64,000 bases of DNA from an uncultured cyanobacterium (GTDB lineage Bacteria; Cyanobacteriota; Cyanobacteriia; Cyanobacteriales; Nostocaceae), in NCBI GenBank assembly GCA_963706595.1, contig OY970166.1, forward strand, positions 608,001 to 672,000, read 5' to 3'. A model generated the notes under the pieces. That model did no database searches, was not told the origin of the DNA, and was given only the letters and a program-made list of their open reading frames with translations. Positions 32,841 to 41,338 of the stretch are shown piece by piece (the stretch's first letter is position 1; every line of letters begins with the position of its first letter). The position numbers and the translations under genes were made by a program.

Positions 32841-32975
32841 TTAGTCCTTAGCTAACCACACCCACGGGGGATATAGTTGGAAGAACAGTTTTTCGTCCTC
32901 AGTTTTTCCGCCCACTAGGGCCGGGGTATGCAGCCTCGACAAATGACTAGTGACTACTGAATCACTAATATACAA
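32841..32975 (-). other. Candidate 44-aa leader ORF and/or structured cis-regulatory RNA in the bicA leader
   Basis: TTG-start ORF (M)YISDSVVTSHLSRLHTPALVGGKTEDEKLFFQLYPPWVWLAKD*; GC-rich island in an AT-rich spacer, with long self-complementary arms. Confidence 0.45.
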
Positions 32976-33089
32976 GGCTTAGGTGAAGACAAAAATGTTG
33001 ACTAACAAAATTTACATAAACTGCCAGTTTTATTGATCGCCAATTTTCGTGACGTTAAAAATAGTTTACAGCCTAGTGGGTCAATATAA

Positions 33090-33150
33090 TTCATAGACTA
33101 ATTTAAATATAAAAGAAATATTAAATTGCTTTCATAGACAAAAGCTTATG
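33090..33150. promoter_or_regulatory. Putative LysR-type (NdhR/CmpR-like) operator upstream of bicA
   Basis: cATAG-acaaaagc-TTATg, a near match to ATAG-N8-CTAT, at about 33133-33150; ttcatagac repeated at 33090 and 33131. Confidence 0.5.
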
Positions 33151-33414
33151 GATGTTAAATAAATTTAATGTAAATAATACATTATATAAATAAAAATTAT
33201 ATGAAATTTGAAATGAAGGTTTTTTGCCCAAAATATAGTGGTTGTTTCTTAAGTGCGAAACAATCAAATGTACTACACGGGGATCGAGGGATTACTCACT
33301 GTAATCCATGAAATCTTAAGGTTCACATGAACTGGACAAGCTATAAAAACAATAAATTAGACCAGAATAAATATCAATGGTAAAATGCACCCAAATAACT
33401 AATACTGTGGATAA

Positions 33415-34905
33415 TTACCCAGATTGTCGCCAATTGACTGGAGCTTCCAAATAATCAGGTAGACGAGTTGTGCGATCGCCTAGTGCCATTCTAATCTGTT
33501 GTAACTGGACATTTTTTGCTCCTGTCAAAATAGCCCCTTCCAGTTTGACCTCACAGAGGTTAGCATCCGAAAGGTTAGCGCCCATGAGGTTAGTCCCCGA
33601 AAGGTTAGCTTGAAAAAGACTAGCCCTATTCAAGTCTGAACCCATCAAATTGGCTCTATCTAAGTCAGCTTCAGCAAAACTGGCTTCGCTGAGGTCAGCA
33701 AAAAAGATTTCTGTTTGTTGCAATTTAGCCGCATTCAGGTTGGCCCCATTCAGGTTAGCCCCATTCAGGTTAGCTCCATTCAGGTTAGCTCCAATTAGAC
33801 CAGCAAATTGCAGATTGGCTTTACCCAGCTTCGCCCATTGCAAGTTAGCTAGAAACAACTTTGCGCCAGAGAGGTTAGCAACTTTCAATGTCGCTTGTTG
33901 CAAATTGGCTTTATAAAGGTTAGCCCCAGAGAGATTAGCCGCACGCAGACTTGCTCCCAAAAGGTTTGCACCTCGTAAATTCGTCCCACAAAGGTTAGCG
34001 TTGTTCAGGTTAGCCCAACAGAGGTTGGCTCGATTCAGGTTCGCTTTCAGCAGGTTGGCTGCATAAAGAATAGCGCCAGTCAGTAAAGCACCATCAAGAT
34101 TGGCCTCACACAGGTAAGAACCTCGCAAGTTGGCTCCACAAAGATTAGCACCGCGCAAATCGGCTCTTTCTAGGTTCGCTTCAAGCAAATCGGCTCGCCG
34201 GATATCAGTATTACGTAAATCCAGTTTTTGATCTTCCTCTTCTAGCAGAGAATTACGCCGTCCAATTACAGTCAAGGCTGCTTGAATATCCCGACGCATT
34301 TTTGGTATTACTTCGCCAGTATTCTGTTCTTCCTTTTGTGTCCGATGCGCCCCGCTTTTGTATCTACCCAAGTAGATGGGTTTTAAGTTTTCTAACCTTT
34401 GTTGTTCTTCCTCTGTTTGAATGGGAGCATTTTCCCGCACAAAAGCTGTGAGGATTTCCATGATTGTCCAGTGTTCTTTGGGAAAATCTTGTGCAACTCT
34501 TTCTAAAACATAAATTGCACCTGTCCGGGTTTCAATTTTTTCATGCCCAAGCTGGGTAATTGCCCCCATAAAGCGTTCTACAATCAGCTTGTCTTGACTG
34601 CATTGGGAATTTTGAATGCTAATTTCGTTGCTTTTTTCAGCCGCCAAAGCATTTTTGTGCATAGCTTCTGCACGCTTTGCCGCATAGTAAGCATTAATCA
34701 AAACTGCCAATCCGAGAAAAACTATGGATGTGGTTGTTAATACCTGATTTCGAGATTGTATTCTTTGGTCAACTGTCAATTCCTCAAGGTAGGACGATGC
34801 AAAAACAATCAGAGTTAGTGAAAGCACAAATATAACTGTTATGGCTATCAACCAACGCCAGAATTTGTCTGTTTTATAAGCAGACATAGCAGTAATATTC
34901 CTCAC
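33415..34905 (-). CDS. Membrane-anchored pentapeptide-repeat protein
   Basis: Two N-terminal TM helices, helical domain (ERFMGAITQLG...RTGAIYVLERVA...DIQAALTVIGRR), long A(N/D)LxG repeats. Confidence 0.9.
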   Translation of the reverse strand: MRNITAMSAYKTDKFWRWLIAITVIFVLSLTLIVFASSYLEELTVDQRIQSRNQVLTTTSIVFLGLAVLINAYYAAKRAEAMHKNALAAEKSNEISIQNSQCSQDKLIVERFMGAITQLGHEKIETRTGAIYVLERVAQDFPKEHWTIMEILTAFVRENAPIQTEEEQQRLENLKPIYLGRYKSGAHRTQKEEQNTGEVIPKMRRDIQAALTVIGRRNSLLEEEDQKLDLRNTDIRRADLLEANLERADLRGANLCGANLRGSYLCEANLDGALLTGAILYAANLLKANLNRANLCWANLNNANLCGTNLRGANLLGASLRAANLSGANLYKANLQQATLKVANLSGAKLFLANLQWAKLGKANLQFAGLIGANLNGANLNGANLNGANLNAAKLQQTEIFFADLSEASFAEADLDRANLMGSDLNRASLFQANLSGTNLMGANLSDANLCEVKLEGAILTGAKNVQLQQIRMALGDRTTRLPDYLEAPVNWRQSG

Positions 34906-35197
34906 AATACAGAATTATTACTTAGAGTTTAGGAAAAATTAGTATATCATTTAGCTGAAAATTTGAATATGCCCCACAACTAAGAATTTTTGAACATATA
35001 CCATAAGAATGAAGTCAGACTATTTTTTTGGATTCAATGGCATTAAATATAACAGTAATTTAATTTATTAGGTAGATTAATCACGCGATCGCCTCTGGTG
35101 GGGCTTTGCCCATGGCCTGTATAAGGGTAAAGTGATGATCCCACACCCTTGAAGTGTGGACGGTGATCCGAATTTAACAGTCTAGAGATGATTTTTC

Positions 35198-35947
35198 TCA
35201 TCCCAATTTGGCTTCTCGGAGATTTGCTCCTTTGAGTATGGCATCACCGAGAGTAGCTCCCTGTAGATTTGCTAGATATAAGTTAGCCTGTTCCAAATTA
35301 GCGCCCGCCAGATTAGCCCCAGAGAGGTTAGCAGCACTGAGAATTGCTCCAGAGAGGTTAGCGCCCGTCAGGTTAGCCCCAGAGAGGTTAGCAGCACTAA
35401 GAATTGCTCCAGAGAGGTTAGCCCCACAAAGGTTAGCTTGAGAAAGATTAACTTGATAGAGATTTGTCAGTTCTAGGTTGGCTTGATCAAGATTAGCCCC
35501 TCTCATATCCGTGTGGCTCAAATCCAGTAGTCCGTCTGACTCGTCTTGATCAGTATTTCTTCTCCCAATTACCGTCAGGGCTAATTGAATATCTCTAGGA
35601 ATTGTTGGTGATGGATAACTGTGAAACTGATTTCGATTCAGATCAGCAGCATAATTTTGCACAAAATTCGAGAGAATACCCATTATTTCCTGATGATATT
35701 GCGGATAATTTTGAGAAAATTCCTCTAAATCATAAATTACTGCTAGTCTGTTATCCAGATTTTCATGATTTAAATTTTTTGCAACTAGAAATAAAGGTGT
35801 TTGTCGCGTAGGAAATGTAATATCTACTACATTATTTTCGTTAACAACTATCCCCAGAATGATTTTTTGTAATGGTATCTGATTATTTATAAAATGCCGT
35901 TTTAATTGCTCTAATGCCTTGTAAGTATTAATAATTGCCATCAACAT
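35198..35947 (-). CDS. Pentapeptide-repeat protein (shorter paralog)
   Basis: DIQLALTVIGRR...LDLSHTDMRGANL followed by ANLSG repeats. Confidence 0.85.
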   Translation of the reverse strand: MLMAIINTYKALEQLKRHFINNQIPLQKIILGIVVNENNVVDITFPTRQTPLFLVAKNLNHENLDNRLAVIYDLEEFSQNYPQYHQEIMGILSNFVQNYAADLNRNQFHSYPSPTIPRDIQLALTVIGRRNTDQDESDGLLDLSHTDMRGANLDQANLELTNLYQVNLSQANLCGANLSGAILSAANLSGANLTGANLSGAILSAANLSGANLAGANLEQANLYLANLQGATLGDAILKGANLREAKLG

Positions 35948-36196
35948 ACAGATACTTCTGGAACTTTTAGTAATGTACCTATTGTGGTTGGTGAGAAAAA
36001 TTTAAACATTAGTAAAATTAAGGATTTTTGCTGTTAAAAAACACAGAAAATATCACAGACTTCTTTGGCAATATAACTAAAATGAAGTTACTCATATATC
36101 TTAATTAGTATAAATTCATTCGATAAAGTATTGTCTTCTTAAGACTAAGCTGATTTTGTCTAACCCTCTTTTATGACTCTGATGAAGGAAAAAAGA

Positions 36197-36298
36197 GTAG
36201 GTTGGGTTGAAGCCTTGTGAAACCCAACGAAACCAAGGATTATGGGTGTTGGTTTACGCCTTCGGCAAACTACGTTAACGTTCCTCTACCCAACCTAC
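36197..36298. repeat. REP-like palindrome GTAGGTTGGG...CCCAACCTAC
   Basis: Terminal 10-bp inverted repeat with internal hairpins. Confidence 0.7.
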
Positions 36299-36532
36299 GT
36301 CTAAATTGATCAAAGTCATAAAAAATAAGGGTTCATGATTTTTATATGACGAGAATAATAAAACAGCGCTAATGATTTTGTAACAATAGAAATTTCACTA
36401 AATAGACAATTTTTTATTTTAAAAAATACATAATAAAATTAGCCCTAATCAGGACATAGTAATATAAAAATGAAAGAGTTACTGAATGAGCAAAATTCTT
36501 ATTAGTGTACCAATTCAAAAAGTATATGGCTT

Positions 36533-37723
36533 ATGAACAAAGATTTGGTGTTAATTGGTGGCGGGCATAGCCATGCGATTGTCTTGGAAATGTTTGGCAG
36601 GAACCCTTTACCAGGAGTACGTTTGACTTTGATTAGCCCAGCCTCAGATACACCCTACTCTGGGATGCTACCAGGACACATTGCGGGATTTTATGGATAC
36701 GATGAATGCCACATTAATTTAGGAAAATTGGCTAATTTTGCTCAAGCACAGTTCTATCTTGATAAAGCAGTGGGACTGGATTTGAAGAACCACAAAGTGA
36801 TTTGTGCTAACCGTGCAGCCGTAAACTTTGATGTCTTGTCTGTTGATATTGGCAGTACTCCAGCCACGATATCTGTATCGGGAGCCACAGAATATGCAAT
36901 TGCGGCTAAACCAGTGCCAAGATTATTGAAATATTGGTATCAGCTAGTAGAAAGTGTAGCCAAAAATCCCCAACAGCTTATTAGCATAGCGATTGTGGGT
37001 GGTGGCGCTGGTGGTGTGGAGTTAGCGCTATCGATGCAAACTCATTTACATGGGATTTTGCAACAAAATCAGCAACCAATTCAAAATCTGGAAGTTCATT
37101 TATTCCAGCGTCAAGAAACACTGTTGCCTAATTACCATCATTCAGTGCAACGTCAATTTCAGCAGATTTTAATTAAGCGCGGTATCAATTTGCATTTAGG
37201 GGAAACTGTATGCCAAATTGCACCACTGTCTAGCACATTAGCTAATAGAGAAACTAAAGAAATCTTTGAGATTAAATGTGAATCTGGGTTATTGGTAGAA
37301 TGTCATAAAATTTTTTGGGTAACGCAAGCATCAGCACCCCAATGGTTAAAAACCACAGGACTTGGTACTGATGACCAAGGATTTATTTTGGTAGAAGATA
37401 CATTACAATCTCAAACTCACCCAGAAGTATTTGCGGCGGGTGATATTGCGACAATGGTCAATCATCCTCGTCCTAAAGCTGGGGTGTTTGCTGTGCGCCA
37501 AGGTAAACCATTGTTTGAGAATTTACAAAGGACTTTATTAGGTAAGCCACTCAAACCTTATAAACCACAGCAACAATATCTCAGTTTAATTGGTACTGGT
37601 GACAAACGCGCGATCGCTTCCAAAGGAGCTTTAACTTCACCACCGCATAAACTCTTGTGGTGCTGGAAAGATTGGATTGACCGCCGCTTTATGGCGCGTT
37701 TTGGGGAGAAAATAGGGGAGTAG
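36533..37723 (+). CDS. FAD-dependent pyridine nucleotide-disulfide oxidoreductase (family seen as the N-terminal domain of SelD fusions)
   Basis: LVLIGGGHSH, TPYSGMLPG, IVGGGAGGVELA, FAAGDIA, PKAGVFAVRQG, WKDWIDRRFM. Confidence 0.85.
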   Translation: MNKDLVLIGGGHSHAIVLEMFGRNPLPGVRLTLISPASDTPYSGMLPGHIAGFYGYDECHINLGKLANFAQAQFYLDKAVGLDLKNHKVICANRAAVNFDVLSVDIGSTPATISVSGATEYAIAAKPVPRLLKYWYQLVESVAKNPQQLISIAIVGGGAGGVELALSMQTHLHGILQQNQQPIQNLEVHLFQRQETLLPNYHHSVQRQFQQILIKRGINLHLGETVCQIAPLSSTLANRETKEIFEIKCESGLLVECHKIFWVTQASAPQWLKTTGLGTDDQGFILVEDTLQSQTHPEVFAAGDIATMVNHPRPKAGVFAVRQGKPLFENLQRTLLGKPLKPYKPQQQYLSLIGTGDKRAIASKGALTSPPHKLLWCWKDWIDRRFMARFGEKIGE

Positions 37724-37825
37724 AAAACTACTTTTTTGAGTTAAAAAATTCGAGTCGCCTTCAGGTAACAAAAGGAGAGAAAAAAAGAACAAGTGCAAAG
37801 TGCAAAAGAGGAAAAGTATAAAGGG

Positions 37826-40800
37826 CTACTGAAGAATCCTCCCAACAGCGCAAACAACACGAAAACCAATATAGTTGTGGTGGTTGTCGCGAGTATTGGG
37901 GCTGCGAAACGCGGAACGGCAGTAGTTAGGATAGTTGAACCAGGACCCGCCCCGCAGTATGGCTCTTACTTTTTTTTGGGAAAGATTATCATTATCATCA
38001 AACCAAGGACTGCCATCTATTGGCGCTCTCTTATAGTTATAGTGCCAGTCATCAAGACACCATTCCCATACATTTCCGTGCATATCGTATAACCCAAAAG
38101 CATTTGCTACCCCAAAACTGTTCACTTCTGTTGTTTCGCCTCGATATTCTCCTTCTATACCTGCGCCATAAGTGAGTTGAGCTAAATAGTTTGCAAGTTC
38201 TGATGTGATTGTTTCACCAAAGTGAAATGGGGTTGTAGTTCCGGCTCTACAGGCATACTCCCATTCCGCTTCACTGGGTAAACGATAGGTTTTGCCAGTA
38301 TGCTGGGATAGGCGATCGCAAAACTCCAGCGCATCGTACCAAGAGACTTTCTCTACAGGTCGATTCCCATCCTTAAACTTAGATGGGTCAGGTTCAAGTC
38401 TTCGGTTAACTTGCGGCAAAGATGCTACTGCTTGCCATTGCGCCTGTGTTATGGGGTATTTGCCCATGAAAAACGCTGGGACAGTTACTTGGTGTTGTGG
38501 ACTTTCATTACTTGAACGCTCCGGTTCCTCTTTTGGCGACCCCATGATAAAACTACCTTCAGGAATAGCAACCATTTCTAAGGTGACGTTGTTACCAAGA
38601 TTTTCTGTGTCGTATTCGGCGAATTTGGTGTCTCGCTTGATAATTTTGCCTTGACGGTTAACAGTGACAGTTTCAAACTCAAAGGACTTTAGCTCATCAC
38701 TTTCTTTTGCCAAAGATTGAACATCTTTAAATTCTTCTTTAGAATCAAAAGCAGCGATGGTATTTCTCACTAAATTTTCGCCCTCTCCATCCTGATTTCT
38801 TTGGGCTGCTTTTAAAGCTAAATCCAATCTCACCAAAGGATCTTGATTCGCTTCAATCCAACGCCAATACTGAATTAATGTAACTGTGATTCTAGCACTG
38901 CGACAGATTTGATCTGAACTCAATTCGTTGTCATAACCCCATTCAAGAAACAAAATTAAATTTGAGTTTTCTTGCAGAAGTAACTGCCGTCCCTTATTAT
39001 TATCTCCATTGCCAAAAAGCTTGAGAATTGTGTCACAGAAATTATCCTGATAAAAATCCAACACTTTAGGAGCTAGATAATCTATCCCTCTTGCTTTCTG
39101 TAATTTACTTTCTGCATAAGTACGGGCAGGTTCGGGCAAAGTTACTCTCCAATCAGATGCAGTAGAAGATTTTTCTGCCATAGAAAACTTGAGCAATTCC
39201 ATTAAAGCTTTCTGACCACTCCTACCTTCAATAGCCCTAGCCAAATCCCGACTTAAGCCACTAGGAAAGAAAGCCAACAAAGGAAATATATCTTGCCCTT
39301 CTACCGATAACATTTCAAAAGAACGCTCTAAAGTTATCTGCAAACTTCTTTCTCTTCTTTGTTCAGGAGAATAAGAACCCAGAACTTCCAGTGGTTCAAT
39401 TTCCAAGTCTTCACACAGCATCTTCAGAGTACTTTGAGTTTCTGCCATATAAGATGCTGCTAGTTTAATGGGTAAGGGATAGCCATCAAGAAACTTGACT
39501 AAAAGATTAAAATCTTCCTCCAAATCATCACTATCTCCCCATTGTGCTTGTGATGGAGCATACTTTCTAAATATTTCTCTGGTTTCTAACACTCCCATGC
39601 TGCAAACTTCTTCTTGATGACAATAAAGAATATCCCTTACTAAAGAATTACGAGAAGTTAGCAACAGTCTTAAATTAGGACACTGTTCTAAAAGCGAGTT
39701 TAAAAATTCAATTAGTTCATTATATTCTTTCTCAATCAATCTATCTAAATCATCGAAAATTAGAAATACTCGACTATTCCTTAACTCTTTCTCTAAAGCG
39801 AAACTCTTTAATTCCAGATTCTGTTGAACTTTGGTAATCAAGGTTCCTACAGAATCAGTATCACGCAAACTAATAAACCAAACTCCATCCTGATAGCGAT
39901 TGCGCTCATGTAACCACTGACCAATGGCATAAGCTAATGCAGTTTTACCTATTCCTCCCATACCATGTAGAGCAATACAACGTTTATCTGACTCTACCAG
40001 GACTTTAATTACCTGATGTATTTCTTGTCTGCGCCCGACAAAGTTAGGATTGTCACGGGTAATATTAGTATTTGACCACTGGGGATAGATAACCTGGTGA
40101 GAATTAGCTGGTTCTATAATCAGCGATTCATTATGGGAAACTTGGGGGAGTAATCGAAATTTAAAGGCTTCATCAAAATTAACCCCTGCCTCAAAAGTCT
40201 GAGAGTTAAACTGCTTTTTTAAGTTATCATCAAGTTTAACAGCTTTACGACTCGATAAAAATCCATCACCAACTGAATCTTCATTGAATAATGCTTGATA
40301 AAGTCTTCGAGAAAAACATCGGGCTGCAATATCTAAGATTGTATCTTCAGCGTTAACAGCAATTACATGAGACACTCCTACTTTGACAAAAGCTTGAGCT
40401 AATTTCTCTGAATGACAGGCATTCAATAATGCTAATTGACAAGGTGGTTGCTTCAGATTTGATAAAGCGATGGCAAGTTCTTCTTCACTAAAAGCACGAG
40501 TCATTCCTACTGAATCTTCTAGCACCAAAGCTGTGCTATCCTCATCTTTCATTCCATGACCAATAAAATGAATAATCAATGGTTTGGAACGATTGGAAAA
40601 CACATCTTGTAGCGTCTGAGAGGTGGCGACTTTCACCACTATTTCCACTGATATAGGATGAGATATATCTTCTAAAACTGAAGCGACCGCATCAATTTCT
40701 TTCTGGATTGATAAATTCTCGACTGGTAATGATTTTTCATCGAGTAGAGGTGCTGAAAATAATATCAGAATTTGATTATTGAAGGCATGATCTTTTTTAA

Positions 40801-40858
40801 TATCTTCTTCTACCCCTGGATTCAGGGGAACCCGTTGACCCACTTTTGAGACAACCAT
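37826..40858 (-). CDS. CHAT caspase-like protease - NB-ARC/STAND NTPase - FGE-sulfatase (SUMF1/CLec-fold) multidomain protein
   Basis: CHAT dyad HFIGH101G and LNAC148HS; FVGR; Walker A GMGGIGKT; Walker B FLIFDD; LLTSR; GYPLPI; C-terminal MVAIPEGSFIMGS...YRLPSEAEWEYACRAG...NAFGLYDMHGNVWEW...RGGSW...GFRVV. Confidence 0.9.
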   Translation of the reverse strand: MVVSKVGQRVPLNPGVEEDIKKDHAFNNQILILFSAPLLDEKSLPVENLSIQKEIDAVASVLEDISHPISVEIVVKVATSQTLQDVFSNRSKPLIIHFIGHGMKDEDSTALVLEDSVGMTRAFSEEELAIALSNLKQPPCQLALLNACHSEKLAQAFVKVGVSHVIAVNAEDTILDIAARCFSRRLYQALFNEDSVGDGFLSSRKAVKLDDNLKKQFNSQTFEAGVNFDEAFKFRLLPQVSHNESLIIEPANSHQVIYPQWSNTNITRDNPNFVGRRQEIHQVIKVLVESDKRCIALHGMGGIGKTALAYAIGQWLHERNRYQDGVWFISLRDTDSVGTLITKVQQNLELKSFALEKELRNSRVFLIFDDLDRLIEKEYNELIEFLNSLLEQCPNLRLLLTSRNSLVRDILYCHQEEVCSMGVLETREIFRKYAPSQAQWGDSDDLEEDFNLLVKFLDGYPLPIKLAASYMAETQSTLKMLCEDLEIEPLEVLGSYSPEQRRERSLQITLERSFEMLSVEGQDIFPLLAFFPSGLSRDLARAIEGRSGQKALMELLKFSMAEKSSTASDWRVTLPEPARTYAESKLQKARGIDYLAPKVLDFYQDNFCDTILKLFGNGDNNKGRQLLLQENSNLILFLEWGYDNELSSDQICRSARITVTLIQYWRWIEANQDPLVRLDLALKAAQRNQDGEGENLVRNTIAAFDSKEEFKDVQSLAKESDELKSFEFETVTVNRQGKIIKRDTKFAEYDTENLGNNVTLEMVAIPEGSFIMGSPKEEPERSSNESPQHQVTVPAFFMGKYPITQAQWQAVASLPQVNRRLEPDPSKFKDGNRPVEKVSWYDALEFCDRLSQHTGKTYRLPSEAEWEYACRAGTTTPFHFGETITSELANYLAQLTYGAGIEGEYRGETTEVNSFGVANAFGLYDMHGNVWEWCLDDWHYNYKRAPIDGSPWFDDNDNLSQKKVRAILRGGSWFNYPNYCRSAFRSPNTRDNHHNYIGFRVVCAVGRILQ

Positions 40859-40862
40859 TCCT

Positions 40863-41237
40863 CTATTTCCTCTTCAGTAGCTCTATTATTGAGTTCAACC
40901 ATTCCTCTAACTCCTCATCACTAGCATTATCGAGGTCTAGGGGAGGAAGTTTTGGGTGTGTTAACTTACCTTCTGGTTTTATTCCTTTTTCTCGAAGTTT
41001 TCGCCGCCAATTATTAATCGCTTTAGCGACTTTTATAGAGTACTCTATCAAATTGGCTGCTGCGGCTGCCCCTCCAATTACTGTAGCCACAAAAACTATG
41101 TCATCTGCACCAAAGACACGATTTAATGACTTCTGCACATTTATTGAACTCATCGTTAGTGATGTTTCCAATGAGTCGATTTCATCTGGTGGCAGTTGGG
41201 ATGAAATAATTATGCTACAGATAGGAATTTCGCTCAT
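40863..41237 (-). CDS. Small protein with central hydrophobic Gly/Ala segment, EACC1-like (inferred)
   Basis: 124 aa; GADDIVFVATVIGGAAAAANLIEYSIKVAKAINNWRRK; SD-like AGGGGT upstream; stop is 4 bp (AGGA) before the CHAT gene ATG. Confidence 0.7.
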   Translation of the reverse strand: MSEIPICSIIISSQLPPDEIDSLETSLTMSSINVQKSLNRVFGADDIVFVATVIGGAAAAANLIEYSIKVAKAINNWRRKLREKGIKPEGKLTHPKLPPLDLDNASDEELEEWLNSIIELLKRK

Positions 41238-41338
41238 TTGACTACACCCCTAATTTTGGTATAATTTGAAGCTACCGTAAAATAATATCATTTTTTCCTA
41301 GCTTTTAGGCAATTTTCAGTTAATTATAGGTCAAATAA

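Noticed and set aside
32805..32870. Plus-strand GCTGAAT...AGCTAAC resembling a c-di-AMP (ydaO) riboswitch
   Set aside because: Wrong strand for bicA, and the central conserved elements are missing.
32885..32905. CUGAGGA-CGAAA on the minus strand resembling a hammerhead core
   Set aside because: No stem II between CUGANGA and GAAA, and no matching stems I/III.
37793..38092. Plus-strand 99-aa ORF with Val/Ile runs
   Set aside because: Antisense shadow of the FGE-sulfatase tail; it is open partly because sense codons there avoid A at position 3.
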